Virus record (IMG/VR): IMGVR_UViG_3300027985_000918
Coordinates: 62,001 to 126,000 of that record
Direction: 5' to 3' (one strand)
DNA length: 64,000 nucleotides
Of the stretch, positions 1-9,744 are shown piece by piece. Position numbers and translations under genes: made by a program. The notes beneath the pieces are model-generated. The model was given only the letters and a program-made list of their open reading frames with translations, had not been told where the DNA came from and did no database searches. Every line of letters begins with the position of its first letter. Position 1 is the first letter of the stretch.

Positions 1-318
1 CTTGAAAAACTGGGCTGCCAGCCGGTGATTCCCGTCTTGCACGATCCAATCTACGTAGAATCCCATACTGGGAATCCCTACGTCCAAGCTGAGGGGGTCC
101 CATTCCTCCAGGGTGGACAGGTAGGCCACACGTTCAATGTGTTCCTCCCTCGTGGGGGGTGGGTCTCGGTAGCTCCACAGGGGAACTGGCTGCTCTCGTA
201 GTCTACCCTCCTTCAGAGCTTGGGATACTTCTTCTCGGGTGATGGGGTCGTCCAGACCAACCCATACCGTGTTGTTGAAGGGGTTCCAGGGCTCCAGGTT
301 GAGGGCAGGTATCTTCAT
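1..318 (-). CDS. ParB/Srx-like domain protein, 3' end off the window edge
   Basis: Hand translation from ATG at 318: MKIPALNLEPW...WIVQDGNHRLAAQFFK, open to position 1; DGNHRL motif; phage motif upstream at 326-351. Confidence 0.65.
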   Translation of the reverse strand, partial: MKIPALNLEPWNPFNNTVWVGLDDPITREEVSQALKEGRLREQPVPLWSYRDPPPTREEHIERVAYLSTLEEWDPLSLDVGIPSMGFYVDWIVQDGNHRLAAQFFK

Positions 319-325
319 GCCTAAG

Positions 326-378
326 CTACCCGAAAACCGGGGCTGGTTACCAGGTAACCACTTTGGGGGTTCCGGTAG
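326..378. promoter_or_regulatory. Back-to-back pair of phage promoter-like motifs
   Basis: CTACC-N15-GTTACC (326-351, minus) and GGTAAC-N15-GGTAG (353-378, plus) between divergent ORFs. Confidence 0.65.
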
Positions 379-421
379 AGGGGGGTAGAAAACTTCGGCA
401 GAGGGGACAGCGGAGGTTTGG

Positions 422-742
422 ATGATCAGCAAAACGAAGACTCTTGGAGAACATGTTGCCGAGGGGGAGATTGCCCAGGCGACCCCTCCCAAGAAGAAGC
501 CGGCCGGAATTGAGGCGTTTCTCCGAGAGCGTGCCCGCTATCTTTTGGCCCACGTTTGGTGCGTGGAGGCCACCAACAACAATGGAGTGGTTCGCCATAT
601 CCCCCAGCAGGGGGGGGACGATTACCCCTCCTGGGAGGTCGCCATCAAGGCGGAATGGGTTACGGGGCCGTCAGGTCGGAAACCCCACGGGACTGTAAAG
701 CAAGGCGGCTGGTTCGCCGCCGCCGCCTTTTTGAAGAGGTAA
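422..742 (+). CDS. hypothetical protein
   Basis: 106-aa ORF downstream of plus motif, co-oriented with rIIA. Confidence 0.6.
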   Translation: MISKTKTLGEHVAEGEIAQATPPKKKPAGIEAFLRERARYLLAHVWCVEATNNNGVVRHIPQQGGDDYPSWEVAIKAEWVTGPSGRKPHGTVKQGGWFAAAAFLKR

Positions 743-797
743 CCGCACTGCTCGGCCGAATAGGTAGGCAGCCCCCCCCCACGAAGGAGAAAGCAGC

Positions 798-3254
798 GTG
801 AGAGCTTTGGTGCAAGACCGGACGATGCAGACGAGTCGGAACCACCGGGCTGCCTCGTTCGGCATCGACATGGAGAGCCAGGCCCATCTAGCGATGGTCC
901 TCCGGGATTCCATCTATTCCGACAAGATCTTGGCGGTCTTGCGGGAGTATGGATCGAACGCCTGGGATGCCCACAGGGAGGTTGGGAAGGACGATCTCCC
1001 GATTGAGATTCACATCCCCACGGCCATGAAGCCAGAGCTGATCATCCGGGATCACGGCCCGGGGATGAGCCACTACATGGTGTTCTACCGCTACACCCAG
1101 TACGGAGCCTCTGGCAAACGGGACACCGACCGCCAGGTGGGGTTCCTGGGGCTGGGGTGCAAGTCGGGATTCGCCTACAATGACAGCTTCACGGTGACCT
1201 CCTGGCACAAGGGGGAGAAGCGGATCTACCTGGCCGTCCTTGACGATTCGGACATGGGCCAGATGCAGCTCCTGTATGCTGCCATGTACGGCGAGTTTGC
1301 ACGAGCCTATCTCACCCAGTTCAGCAACGGATCCGGCCCTCCGAGCCTCGTGGATGAGCTAGAGGATGGCGTCCTCATCAAGTCGGAACAGGTGTTCTCC
1401 GCCTGCCCAGAGGATTCCGGGTACTGGGCCAATGGCTATCAGGACTACATCGCTAACTGGTCTCCGGACCCCCGGTTCGAGGACGACGAGCCTCTTCCTT
1501 TCCTCCAGTGGGTGGAAGAAGACTTTTGGGGATGGGCCAGCACCTGTGAGCTGGAGCCCCCCGAAACAGGAATCGAGATCAAGCTGGCAGTCAAGGCCTC
1601 GGACGTGTGGTCCTTCCAGGACAAGGCGCAGAGCCTGTACCGCTACTATGTCCCCCAGCCCCGAATCAACATCAACCTGGCGGATCCCCCGAACCTTGTA
1701 CCTGGTGGGTTCCTCAACGAGAACGACCAGGGGCGCTGGATTGGGGTAATGGGGTGCAACTCGTATAAAATCGACATGCACCAGATCCAGAAAGATTTGG
1801 ACCGGGAAGGTCTTTGGCCTCTCCTCCAGAAGATCGGCGGAGGTATCTTCTTCGGGATCGGAGATGTGCAGTTCAATGCCTCTCGGGAAGAGTTGAAGTA
1901 CAGTGACTCGACGAAGGCCCGCATCGTCGAGGGGCTCAAACTTGTGGTGGACCAGTACATCGAGTCCATGCTGGCCTGCCTCCAGGGGGACACTATGTCC
2001 TCCTGGGAAAAGCGGAAGAAGGCCGTCTTCATGGCTGAGGACTTGGGCTTCCAGATCCCCGACGAGTACGCTCCCTGGCTCGCCAAAACCGTCAAGCTCT
2101 GGGGTCGCACGAAGGAAGGCCTGCCCGTGGGTCCCGATCAGCCCAAGTTGTTCACCCTGATCTCAGGCTCGGACTCCCGGACACCTCGACAGGGTGTCGA
2201 GGTGAACTCCGAGGCTAAGATCTACATTCGGGATAACGACCGGAATCTGAAAGGGTACCCCTATCTCAAGGCTCATCACGTCATCGCCGTGCCAACTGAA
2301 GCAGCTCGCAGGGATGGGGCTTTCGACTTGGAAGGGGTTCAGTCCGAGATCGAAAAGTACCTGGAGGCCGCTGATCTGGCGGGTTTCCCCATCGGAAAGC
2401 TGTCCGACATGTACTGGGACGAAGTCTACGTCCCGGAAAAATCGGGTAGGGCGAAATGGGCCCAGGCCAAGAACCCCAAGCACAGCAAGCGGACCTTCGT
2501 GTTCAACCCAGAGGATCACACCTGGTTCGGGTCTCCTTTCTCGGAATACTGGAAGGCCGAAAACCGAGTCCCCGAGGACACGGACGTCTTCGTGGTCCTG
2601 GATCGGTTCGAGAGTTACGGCTACGGCAAGGACAACTTTTACAACCTCTTCAAGGAGGACAGAGGGCTAGCCGCCACTCTCGGGCTGAAGATGCCCCCGG
2701 TATATGGGTACAAGACCACCACGAAGAAGCCGGTGGAGCCCGAAGACTGCACGGGGACCTACTACTACGACTGGCGTCTGAAGTTCTTCGGGGACTTCCT
2801 GACCCAGCACCACTACAAGGTGCTCGCCTGTGAGAACTGGCTGCGTGAAGCTCCCTACAACGTTCGGGCAGGGCACACCCAACTCCGTCGCCTGGTGGGT
2901 GAGTTGTGTCGGGGCCTGGGACAGAGTCACCCGGCCACCAGGTTCTACGCTCAGGTGATGCGGTCCCAGGAGTTTCTGGAGTCGAAGGGGGATAGGTTCC
3001 GGGACAGCACCTACGAGCTATTCAGGGTGGCGAAGGCGTTCTGCCTGGTTTCCGGGCAGCCCACCCCCAAAGTACCCGATAACGTTCGGGCGACGAAGAG
3101 TAGATCTGCTGTGGCGGATCTAGACCCCAAGTACCCTTTGCTTAAGGTAGCCCGGACGAACATGCTGGAAGCCCTTTCGGGACCCGAAAGGAAATACTGG
3201 ATTGAGTACATCCGCTTGGTAGATGCCAACAGAAAGAGTGGGGACAACCAATGA
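798..3254 (+). CDS. rIIA: rIIA-like protein (GHKL/HSP90-like ATPase N-domain)
   Basis: LREYGSNAWDAH, IRDHGPGM, GFLGLGCKS, FTVTSW GHKL motifs; overlaps rIIB-like gene by ATGA; start may be ATG 825. Confidence 0.85.
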   Translation: MRALVQDRTMQTSRNHRAASFGIDMESQAHLAMVLRDSIYSDKILAVLREYGSNAWDAHREVGKDDLPIEIHIPTAMKPELIIRDHGPGMSHYMVFYRYTQYGASGKRDTDRQVGFLGLGCKSGFAYNDSFTVTSWHKGEKRIYLAVLDDSDMGQMQLLYAAMYGEFARAYLTQFSNGSGPPSLVDELEDGVLIKSEQVFSACPEDSGYWANGYQDYIANWSPDPRFEDDEPLPFLQWVEEDFWGWASTCELEPPETGIEIKLAVKASDVWSFQDKAQSLYRYYVPQPRININLADPPNLVPGGFLNENDQGRWIGVMGCNSYKIDMHQIQKDLDREGLWPLLQKIGGGIFFGIGDVQFNASREELKYSDSTKARIVEGLKLVVDQYIESMLACLQGDTMSSWEKRKKAVFMAEDLGFQIPDEYAPWLAKTVKLWGRTKEGLPVGPDQPKLFTLISGSDSRTPRQGVEVNSEAKIYIRDNDRNLKGYPYLKAHHVIAVPTEAARRDGAFDLEGVQSEIEKYLEAADLAGFPIGKLSDMYWDEVYVPEKSGRAKWAQAKNPKHSKRTFVFNPEDHTWFGSPFSEYWKAENRVPEDTDVFVVLDRFESYGYGKDNFYNLFKEDRGLAATLGLKMPPVYGYKTTTKKPVEPEDCTGTYYYDWRLKFFGDFLTQHHYKVLACENWLREAPYNVRAGHTQLRRLVGELCRGLGQSHPATRFYAQVMRSQEFLESKGDRFRDSTYELFRVAKAFCLVSGQPTPKVPDNVRATKSRSAVADLDPKYPLLKVARTNMLEALSGPERKYWIEYIRLVDANRKSGDNQ

Positions 3255-4450
3255 GCACACCTTCCATCGACGACTACACCATCACCGGCCAGTCCGTCAC
3301 AGTCATCGTGAACGGTGAGCCGATCACGACCACCCGGACGGCAGCCAACTTCGAGGCCCTGCGGGCGGCATGCCTGTCCTATGGTGATGCCGAGGAGGAG
3401 ACGGCCCAGGACGAAGCGGCTCAGGCCATCTGCAAGGCCCTCTCCATCCCGACGCTGGTCCAGTCCTGGGCCAACGGGGAGTGGGCCGAGGGAACTTGGT
3501 TTGAGGTTCAGGGGGAGCGTATCACTTGGCAGGGGGAGCCGGTGGATGAGGCCATCTCCCGCCGCATCCTGGAGCTGGTGGCAGAGAACCGGAACCCCAG
3601 GGGGTTCGCCCAGTTTTGGCTGCGGCTGTGTGCCAACCCGAGCCCTCGCTCGACGGCTCAGCTCTACCCGTTCCTGAACCACCTGGGTATCCCTATCGTG
3701 TTCGTGGGAGACCCGAGGTACGACGGCTGCTTCCTCGCCTACAAGGGGGTTACGGCCGAATACAAAGACGTCCACACGGGGACCATCGACAACCGCCCCG
3801 GTGCCTCCCCCCGAATGCTCCGGGAGAACATCTCGGACGATCCCAACACGGCGTGTCACCAGGGGTTTCACGTAGGTGCCCTGGGGTACGCCAAGAGCTT
3901 CGGCCAGCGGGTGATTATCTGCCTGGTGGACCCCAAAGATGTGGTCAGCATCCCCTACGACCACACGCACCAGAAGATGCGGGTCGAGGGATACACGGTC
4001 ATCGGGTACTGGAACGGCGAAAGTTTGCCGTCCACCTATGTCACCCGGGAAGACATTCCGTTCCTCGACTTCAGCAACCCGGGCAAGGAAATCTCCTCCG
4101 CTGTCCCCTCGGACTACAAGGGGGAGCCGGGTGACGACTGGGACGACGACGAGGAAGAGGACGACTGGGACGACGACGAGGAAGAGGACGACTGGGACGA
4201 GGGGGTCTTGAAGGTCGAGGAGGACCCCAACTCCTTCGCCAACTCGGGCGAGAGTACCCTGGAGCCGGGGGAGCCGGAGGTGGGTTTCTACAATCTCCTC
4301 GACACCCTGGGGTACGAGGATCTGGTGACCTACACGACGGAACACCTCCGCAAGTACGCCACGTACCGGGTGAACATCGTCGGGGCCAGCAAGATCCACG
4401 GCGGTAAGAACGCCCTGGTCAACCTGATCTTGGAGACCCGTCCCGTCTGA
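3251..4450 (+). CDS. rIIB: rIIB-like protein with acidic linker and extra C-terminal domain
   Basis: FLAYKGV...DDPNTACHQGFHVG...VDPKDVVSIPYD..QKMRV rIIB core, directly after rIIA. Confidence 0.85.
   Translation: MSTPSIDDYTITGQSVTVIVNGEPITTTRTAANFEALRAACLSYGDAEEETAQDEAAQAICKALSIPTLVQSWANGEWAEGTWFEVQGERITWQGEPVDEAISRRILELVAENRNPRGFAQFWLRLCANPSPRSTAQLYPFLNHLGIPIVFVGDPRYDGCFLAYKGVTAEYKDVHTGTIDNRPGASPRMLRENISDDPNTACHQGFHVGALGYAKSFGQRVIICLVDPKDVVSIPYDHTHQKMRVEGYTVIGYWNGESLPSTYVTREDIPFLDFSNPGKEISSAVPSDYKGEPGDDWDDDEEEDDWDDDEEEDDWDEGVLKVEEDPNSFANSGESTLEPGEPEVGFYNLLDTLGYEDLVTYTTEHLRKYATYRVNIVGASKIHGGKNALVNLILETRPV
4133..4200 (+). repeat. 27-bp tandem repeat x2.5 encoding DDWDDDEEE
   Basis: GACGACTGGGACGACGACGAGGAAGAG at 4133 and 4160, partial at 4187. 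Confidence 0.9.
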
Positions 4451-4533
4451 AGACTGGGGCCTCCCCAAAGTTAAACGAGAGGGGGCCCCAGGGCCCCCTT
4501 CACGCACAGATCCCCCAAAAGAGGTACATACGA

Positions 4534-5817
4534 ATGGGAATCGCAGGAAAGCTCAAGAAGGAACGCCGGGCACTCCGTGGCGATCTCAAGGAGATCGCCG
4601 AGGCCCCCGTGTTCTACTTTGCCACGGAGCAGGGCGGGATCGTGTTTCGGGGACAGAGCGTCTCCGGGAGGATGGTGAACGTAACCTATGCCTTCACATC
4701 CCACGGTGAGGCCAAGACCAGGGCCGATGAGTACACGGCTGAGTGGGGAGAGCAAGTTCACGTCCGCACCATGCCGGTCGGTACCTTCCTGTCGTTCCTA
4801 TTCCATCATCTCGGGCAGGCCGACATCGACATCATCCTCACCGACGGTGAGAAGCCACTCCCCCTCACTACCATGGGGGTCAACGTCATCCAGGACCCCT
4901 TGTGGGCGGAGTACCTGGAGAAGTCCCGGAAGGACCCGAGCAAGAACGTCCTGCTCGCCAAGGTGGCCCGGGATCTCATGGCCTCCTGCGGAGGGCCACT
5001 GGCTCTTCAGGTGGTTGCCTCCGCCGAGTACGGGGACCTCATCCGGTCTATCACAGGCCAGAAGAGGGCCATTCTCCCCACGGTGGATCTGGGGCTGGTG
5101 TGGTTCCTGACCCGGCAAGTCTTCACCAAGGACGAGGATGGCAACGACATCGGCACCGTCGAACCCATCATGCTCAAGATCACGGGCAAGGACGATCACG
5201 AGCTGCACCAAGAGATCGAATCCCTGGGAGACTCCGCCCTCGACCCCGAGGAATCGATCATCGTGGGCCCCCTGGCTTTCACCTCCCGGCAGGCGGCCTT
5301 CGATTGGGCCAAGGTCCTCCCTCCCCACATCGCCATTCACCTCATGGGAACCAATCTCATGCTGTCGGCGGAGCAAACGGTCGAGTTCCTGGGGCAGATT
5401 CCTTCCCAGTTCCCCGCCTATCGAGTGGACGACATGGCCCCGGACGGCTTCGTGTTCGACGGAGGGGTGCTCCCCCTGACGGAGAGGGGTGCGGCCTATG
5501 TCGAATCCAAAATCAACTACAAGGATTTCGGGTTCGATGAGACCCCCGAGAGGAACTGGCTGACCATCGCCCAGGGCAAGTTCCTTGAGATCTCGGAAGA
5601 GGGGCCCTCCGAGGAAGAGGGGGCTCCGATCAACCACGGTGAGATGATGTGCCGGGAGATGGCCCTCCGCCAGGTGGCCCAGATCATGGGCGTCACCATC
5701 GTGACCCCCGAATCCGAGACCCCGGACGAGTCCTGTATCCTCGATCCCCACTCCGATGACGAGTTGGTGGAGGCGGCCATCGGCCAGTTCATGAGGGAGG
5801 GTCAGCGTGACGGCTGA
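4534..5817 (+). CDS. hypothetical protein
   Basis: 427-aa ORF, phage-like codon usage. Confidence 0.8.
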   Translation: MGIAGKLKKERRALRGDLKEIAEAPVFYFATEQGGIVFRGQSVSGRMVNVTYAFTSHGEAKTRADEYTAEWGEQVHVRTMPVGTFLSFLFHHLGQADIDIILTDGEKPLPLTTMGVNVIQDPLWAEYLEKSRKDPSKNVLLAKVARDLMASCGGPLALQVVASAEYGDLIRSITGQKRAILPTVDLGLVWFLTRQVFTKDEDGNDIGTVEPIMLKITGKDDHELHQEIESLGDSALDPEESIIVGPLAFTSRQAAFDWAKVLPPHIAIHLMGTNLMLSAEQTVEFLGQIPSQFPAYRVDDMAPDGFVFDGGVLPLTERGAAYVESKINYKDFGFDETPERNWLTIAQGKFLEISEEGPSEEEGAPINHGEMMCREMALRQVAQIMGVTIVTPESETPDESCILDPHSDDELVEAAIGQFMREGQRDG

Positions 5818-6034
5818 ACTCATCCTGATCCTCTGGACTGTCGGAGTGATTTTGGTGGCCCTGGAGGTGTCCTCCGGAATCCCCTCGGGTTTCGCCTTCA
5901 GGGTGTTCCGCACCGACCGGCTCCAAGAACTGGAACAAGGAAACATCCAGCTCCTCGAAGCAACTCAAGCCCTCCAGAAGCGGATCGAGGTTCTGGAGGG
6001 CCTTGTCAACCGGGATCCCCCTTTCTTTCCCTAG
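5807..6034 (+). CDS. small membrane protein with coiled coil
   Basis: N-terminal hydrophobic helix, LQELEQ...LQKRIEVLE heptads. Confidence 0.7.
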   Translation: MTAELILILWTVGVILVALEVSSGIPSGFAFRVFRTDRLQELEQGNIQLLEATQALQKRIEVLEGLVNRDPPFFP

Positions 6035-6071
6035 CCGGGGAACTTCCCGCCACTTCGGAGGTAAGCCCACC

Positions 6072-6671
6072 ATGAAACGGGAGATTTACATAAGCATCGA
6101 CGTGGAAGCCGATGGGCGAGTTCCGGGCCTTGGATCAATGCTCAGCTTTGGGGCTGCCGCCTTTGATCTGGAGGCGGAAGACCCCCGAAAGCCAGTCTCT
6201 ACGTTCACCGCCAACCTCCACACCATTATGGGACAAGATTGGCCCCTGTGCCACCAGAACAGGGAAGTGATGGATTGGTGGGCCCAGAACCCTGAAGCCT
6301 GGGAGGCGTGCCGCAAGGACCTCCAAGAACCCTCTGAGGCTATGCCCAAGTTCGTGGAGTGGATCAGGGGGCTTCCTGGGCACCCCGTCATTATCGGGTA
6401 TCCCGTCACCTACGATTTCATGTGGGTGTATTGGTACACCGTCGTGTTCGGGGGACTCGGGGATGCGGGGGTACCGTTCAGTTTCTCCGGGATGGACCTG
6501 AAGACCATGATGTCCGAGCGGCTGGGAACTCCATACCGGCAGACATCGAAGAGGCTGGCCTACAAGAATCGCAAGCAGTGGTTCCAGGGACTCCCGGAGC
6601 ACACCCACATAGCATTGGAGGATGCCATCGGCCAAGGCATCCTGTTCGTCAACATCAAGATGGAGAAGTGA
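6072..6671 (+). CDS. DEDDh 3'-5' exoribonuclease (Rv2179c/RNase AS-like)
   Basis: ISIDVEADG, YPVTYDFMW, MDLKTM, HTHIALEDAIGQ; ATG at 6072. Confidence 0.85.
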   Translation: MKREIYISIDVEADGRVPGLGSMLSFGAAAFDLEAEDPRKPVSTFTANLHTIMGQDWPLCHQNREVMDWWAQNPEAWEACRKDLQEPSEAMPKFVEWIRGLPGHPVIIGYPVTYDFMWVYWYTVVFGGLGDAGVPFSFSGMDLKTMMSERLGTPYRQTSKRLAYKNRKQWFQGLPEHTHIALEDAIGQGILFVNIKMEK

Positions 6672-6676
6672 AGTTC

Positions 6677-7222
6677 ATGATCACTACCACACTCATCATT
6701 TTGTTCATGGCCGGGGGGCTGCTCGTCCGGGGATGCCTAGCAACGGAGAAGACGCTCCTAGCGTTTCTGTCGTTCGCCATCGTACTCGGGGTGTCCTACT
6801 TTGTGCTCGACTTCGATTTCGTTACCGTCATCTTGGGCAATCCGCCTCTCGCCCTAGGGGTGTTCCATGGGTACCTCGTCGCCGGGGGTCTGTACTCCTC
6901 GGTCAGGTGGTTCTTCCGCATGAGACGAACGGCCGCCAAACTGGCAGAAGTCTGCCTGCTCTGGCAGGCACCCCTTGGGGGTTACGATCGAGTACGGAAG
7001 GAGAAGGAAGCCCTGATCCGGAAAATGATTCCGGCCCGACACAAAGGGTTGATTGTGGGGTGGATCACGTTTTGGCCCCTTGATGCGTGCGCCCTGCTGT
7101 TCGAGGAGCCGGTCCTGCAACTCTGGGTGATGCTGACCTCAACCTACCGGAGGATCGCCAAGCAAGCACTGGCCAAGCACGGCTTGGACGAAGAGTTCGG
7201 AAAAGAGATCGAAAAGGGCTAG
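6677..7222 (+). CDS. membrane protein
   Basis: ATG 6677; several hydrophobic segments. Confidence 0.75.
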   Translation: MITTTLIILFMAGGLLVRGCLATEKTLLAFLSFAIVLGVSYFVLDFDFVTVILGNPPLALGVFHGYLVAGGLYSSVRWFFRMRRTAAKLAEVCLLWQAPLGGYDRVRKEKEALIRKMIPARHKGLIVGWITFWPLDACALLFEEPVLQLWVMLTSTYRRIAKQALAKHGLDEEFGKEIEKG

Positions 7223-7288
7223 TAACAGCCACGCTGAGTCCGGTAGATGATGCGAAATTGATTATGGCTAAGCGCCGGAAGGAGAAGC

Positions 7289-7882
7289 ATGAGGAACGGA
7301 ACCGTCGTCAAGATCACGTCCCAGCCCGACAACATCACGGACATCCCGATGATCGGGGAGGTCGGAGTTATCGTCGCCGTCGACGGCGAGACCGCCCACA
7401 TTCACACCATCGGTCTGGACGGGTACCTCAAGTCCTGCTGCCACATCGGCCTCAGCACCTTTGAGGAGGTTGAGAACCCCTCGGACATTTTGGTCCGGTA
7501 CGCCGCCGAACAGACGGCTCTGGGGACCTGGATGCACGGCGTCGGGGTCCAGGCCAAGAGCGTGGCGGCTGAGATGGTCAAAGGTTTGGACGACACCGAG
7601 ATGCTTTCGAGGAGGCACTCCCATATCTCCATCGTCGAGGCCGTTCAGGACAAGATTATGGAGATCCAGGACCAGTTCCCGACGCCGGCCGACGCCCTGG
7701 AGAGCGAAGACCCCCTCGTCCGGGCTCTCGCCCGCAAGTTCCAAGGCACCCCCTCTGACGTGACCCAGCAGTCCCGCATCGACCGGGCCGCCGAACGCCT
7801 GGCCCAGGTCGGCATCACCGACCTCGACAAGGCCAAGATGGTGGCTTTCCTCAAGGTCCTCAAGGAAGAGGGTCTGGACTGA
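7289..7882 (+). CDS. hypothetical protein
   Basis: 197-aa ORF, GGAG RBS, near-consensus motif at 7221-7246. Confidence 0.75.
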   Translation: MRNGTVVKITSQPDNITDIPMIGEVGVIVAVDGETAHIHTIGLDGYLKSCCHIGLSTFEEVENPSDILVRYAAEQTALGTWMHGVGVQAKSVAAEMVKGLDDTEMLSRRHSHISIVEAVQDKIMEIQDQFPTPADALESEDPLVRALARKFQGTPSDVTQQSRIDRAAERLAQVGITDLDKAKMVAFLKVLKEEGLD

Positions 7883-7935
7883 TCCCCCTCCCTCGCCGGG
7901 CCACGGTAGGGGATATGCCGGACCTCAGCGGATAC

Positions 7936-7966
7936 AAAAAGGGCCCCCCTGAGAAAGGGGGGCCCT
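7936..7966. terminator. hairpin terminator between convergent genes
   Basis: AAAAA-GGGCCCCCCT-GAGAA-AGGGGGGCCC. Confidence 0.75.
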
Positions 7967-7989
7967 GCTAGTACGTTCTGGTCAGAACG

Positions 7990-8535
7990 TCAGGGGCAAG
8001 GTTCCAGAGACACGGCCGGAACGTAGACTCTGCCGTCAGGGGCCGCCAGTTCCTCAATCAGCGGACCCTTCACTGCGCTGACGTAGGAGAACACCGCCTT
8101 GGCGATGGCCTTGTCTTCGCAGGACACATCTTTCCCCTCCATGACCAGCAGCGTGATGGACTCGACCGCCGGCAGGATGCTGCCGGATAGAGCGTCAACA
8201 AGCGCCTTCGCATCGGCCTCCAGAACTGGCTCCATCGGGCTCTCCTGAAGAACCAGGCAGGAGTTGATGTCCACCTCCACACTGGGGATGACTCCGGTGG
8301 CCTCGCCTTTGGCCCATCCGTCTACGGCACTCTGAGCCGCCCCGATAGCCGTCAGGAACGAAGAAGTGACGTAGCAGGCTACCACGTTTCTGTCCGCCAC
8401 GGACAGGGCCTTACCCGCTTCGGTCACGCCTTTGGCTCCGATCAGAGACGAGTCGATGATCGGCAGATACTTCTGGGTTGAGCCACAACCGAGCAAGAGC
8501 CCAGCCAGAAGCAGAGTTGCAAACAGCTTCTGCAT
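7990..8535 (-). CDS. lipoprotein
   Basis: MQKLFATLLLAGLLLG-C signal peptide with lipobox; GGAGG RBS before ATG 8535. Confidence 0.75.
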   Translation of the reverse strand: MQKLFATLLLAGLLLGCGSTQKYLPIIDSSLIGAKGVTEAGKALSVADRNVVACYVTSSFLTAIGAAQSAVDGWAKGEATGVIPSVEVDINSCLVLQESPMEPVLEADAKALVDALSGSILPAVESITLLVMEGKDVSCEDKAIAKAVFSYVSAVKGPLIEELAAPDGRVYVPAVSLEPCP

Positions 8536-8614
8536 TGGATTAACCTCCCTCCCACGACGAGAGATCCGCCTCTCGTCCAACTCATAGGGGCAATAGGCAC
8601 TCCACCGAGAGCAC

Positions 8615-8642
8615 TTGACAATTCTTCCTCAAACCCTAAGTT
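8615..8642 (+). promoter_or_regulatory. possible host sigma70-type promoter of hsp20
   Basis: TTGACA-N16-TAAGTT; -10 match is weak. Confidence 0.35.
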
Positions 8643-8680
8643 TCCCGCTGTAACCGGAATCCACTGCAAGGAGCCCTAAC

Positions 8681-9118
8681 ATGAGTGATCGTTGTCAGAA
8701 GCTGGCTGACTCGTTCTTTGGCCCCGGAGGGGTGTTCGATGGCACGTTTCCTCCTCCTGAGGTCACCAAGGGAGGGCCGCTCGATGCTCTGTTCGCCCCT
8801 CCGAAGGTCACCAGGTTCTTTGGTGGGGAGCCGGGGTTGAAGGTCTTCCCCACGAAAGCTGCCTACGAGGTCGAGATCGATCTCCCGGGTCGGGTCAGGG
8901 ATGACGTGACCGTTGATATCTCCGGCAACAAGCTGTACGTCAAGGTTGCGGCTACTGGCAGCCGGAACCCCCGCCCTGAGAAGACATGGGTGTTTGATCT
9001 CGGGACGGAATACGACCCCGAAGGGACCACCGCTCTCTTGGAGAAGGGTGTGCTTTCCCTCAGAGTCCCCCGCCTGAAGACTGCTGATCCTCCTCGTTTC
9101 CGCATCACGGTCGGGTAA
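8681..9118 (+). CDS. small heat shock protein (Hsp20/alpha-crystallin)
   Basis: YEVEIDLPG..DDVTVDISGNKLYV...ALLEKGVLSLRVPR. Confidence 0.85.
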   Translation: MSDRCQKLADSFFGPGGVFDGTFPPPEVTKGGPLDALFAPPKVTRFFGGEPGLKVFPTKAAYEVEIDLPGRVRDDVTVDISGNKLYVKVAATGSRNPRPEKTWVFDLGTEYDPEGTTALLEKGVLSLRVPRLKTADPPRFRITVG

Positions 9119-9139
9119 CGAGCCTCAGAGTTAAGGGGA

Positions 9140-9175
9140 GGATCCACACGGGGGCCTTCTCCCCCGTGTGGATCC
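9140..9175. terminator. hairpin terminator
   Basis: GGATCCACACGGGGG-loop-CCCCCGTGTGGATCC between convergent genes. Confidence 0.7.
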
Positions 9176-9307
9176 TGGATGGTGGGGAACCCCCTCCACC
9201 ATGAGTACAGAGCCCTCAGAGGGATTACCCCAACCCTGCTAAATGATAGACTCTTGGCCTCCTGCCCAGGTAGGCCTGCATTGGGGGTTAGTTTGAGCAG
9301 TTGGGGG

Positions 9308-9718
9308 CTACGGAAGGGTGCGGATGAGTTCTTCGTTCTTCGGACCGGGGACTACTCCAGCCTTCAGACACCTCTCCCAGTCGGATAGGACCGCCTCGAA
9401 GTCCTCCTCTGGCATGTCAGTGAGTCCAGGGCAATCGAACATCCTCCGAAGATTGAGGACATCCATCACGTCCTTGAACTTGATAGTGTCGTGTTCGGTG
9501 CTTCCGATGGGCCTGGAGTTCAGCACCATCCTATTCGTGACAGGCGGGGTTGCAGCCCAGTCGAGGCTCGAACGGGGCCGGCGGAGGAACACTTGCCGTC
9601 TACTGCCGAAGGTGTAGACGTATCCGAACCCCACTCGGAGGTTGTAGTACAGCCTCAGAAGCTCTCCGTCCTGTCGATAGCCGGTAATTCTGTTCACTCT
9701 GTTTCCTCCTTCAAGCAC
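9308..9718 (-). CDS. hypothetical protein
   Basis: 136-aa ORF; motif at 9724-9749; true start may be the GTG after GGAGG RBS. Confidence 0.7.
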   Translation of the reverse strand: MLEGGNRVNRITGYRQDGELLRLYYNLRVGFGYVYTFGSRRQVFLRRPRSSLDWAATPPVTNRMVLNSRPIGSTEHDTIKFKDVMDVLNLRRMFDCPGLTDMPEEDFEAVLSDWERCLKAGVVPGPKNEELIRTLP

Positions 9719-9744
9719 CCCACTTACTCGCTACCTACCTCCTG

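Noticed and set aside
3011-5946. Long minus-strand ORFs 3011-4507 and 4798-5946
   Set aside because: Antisense to well-supported rIIB and neighbouring genes; typical high-GC shadow ORFs
8596-8620. CIRCE heat-shock operator before hsp20
   Set aside because: Only a half-site-like TAGGCACTC; the inverted GAGTGCTAA half is missing
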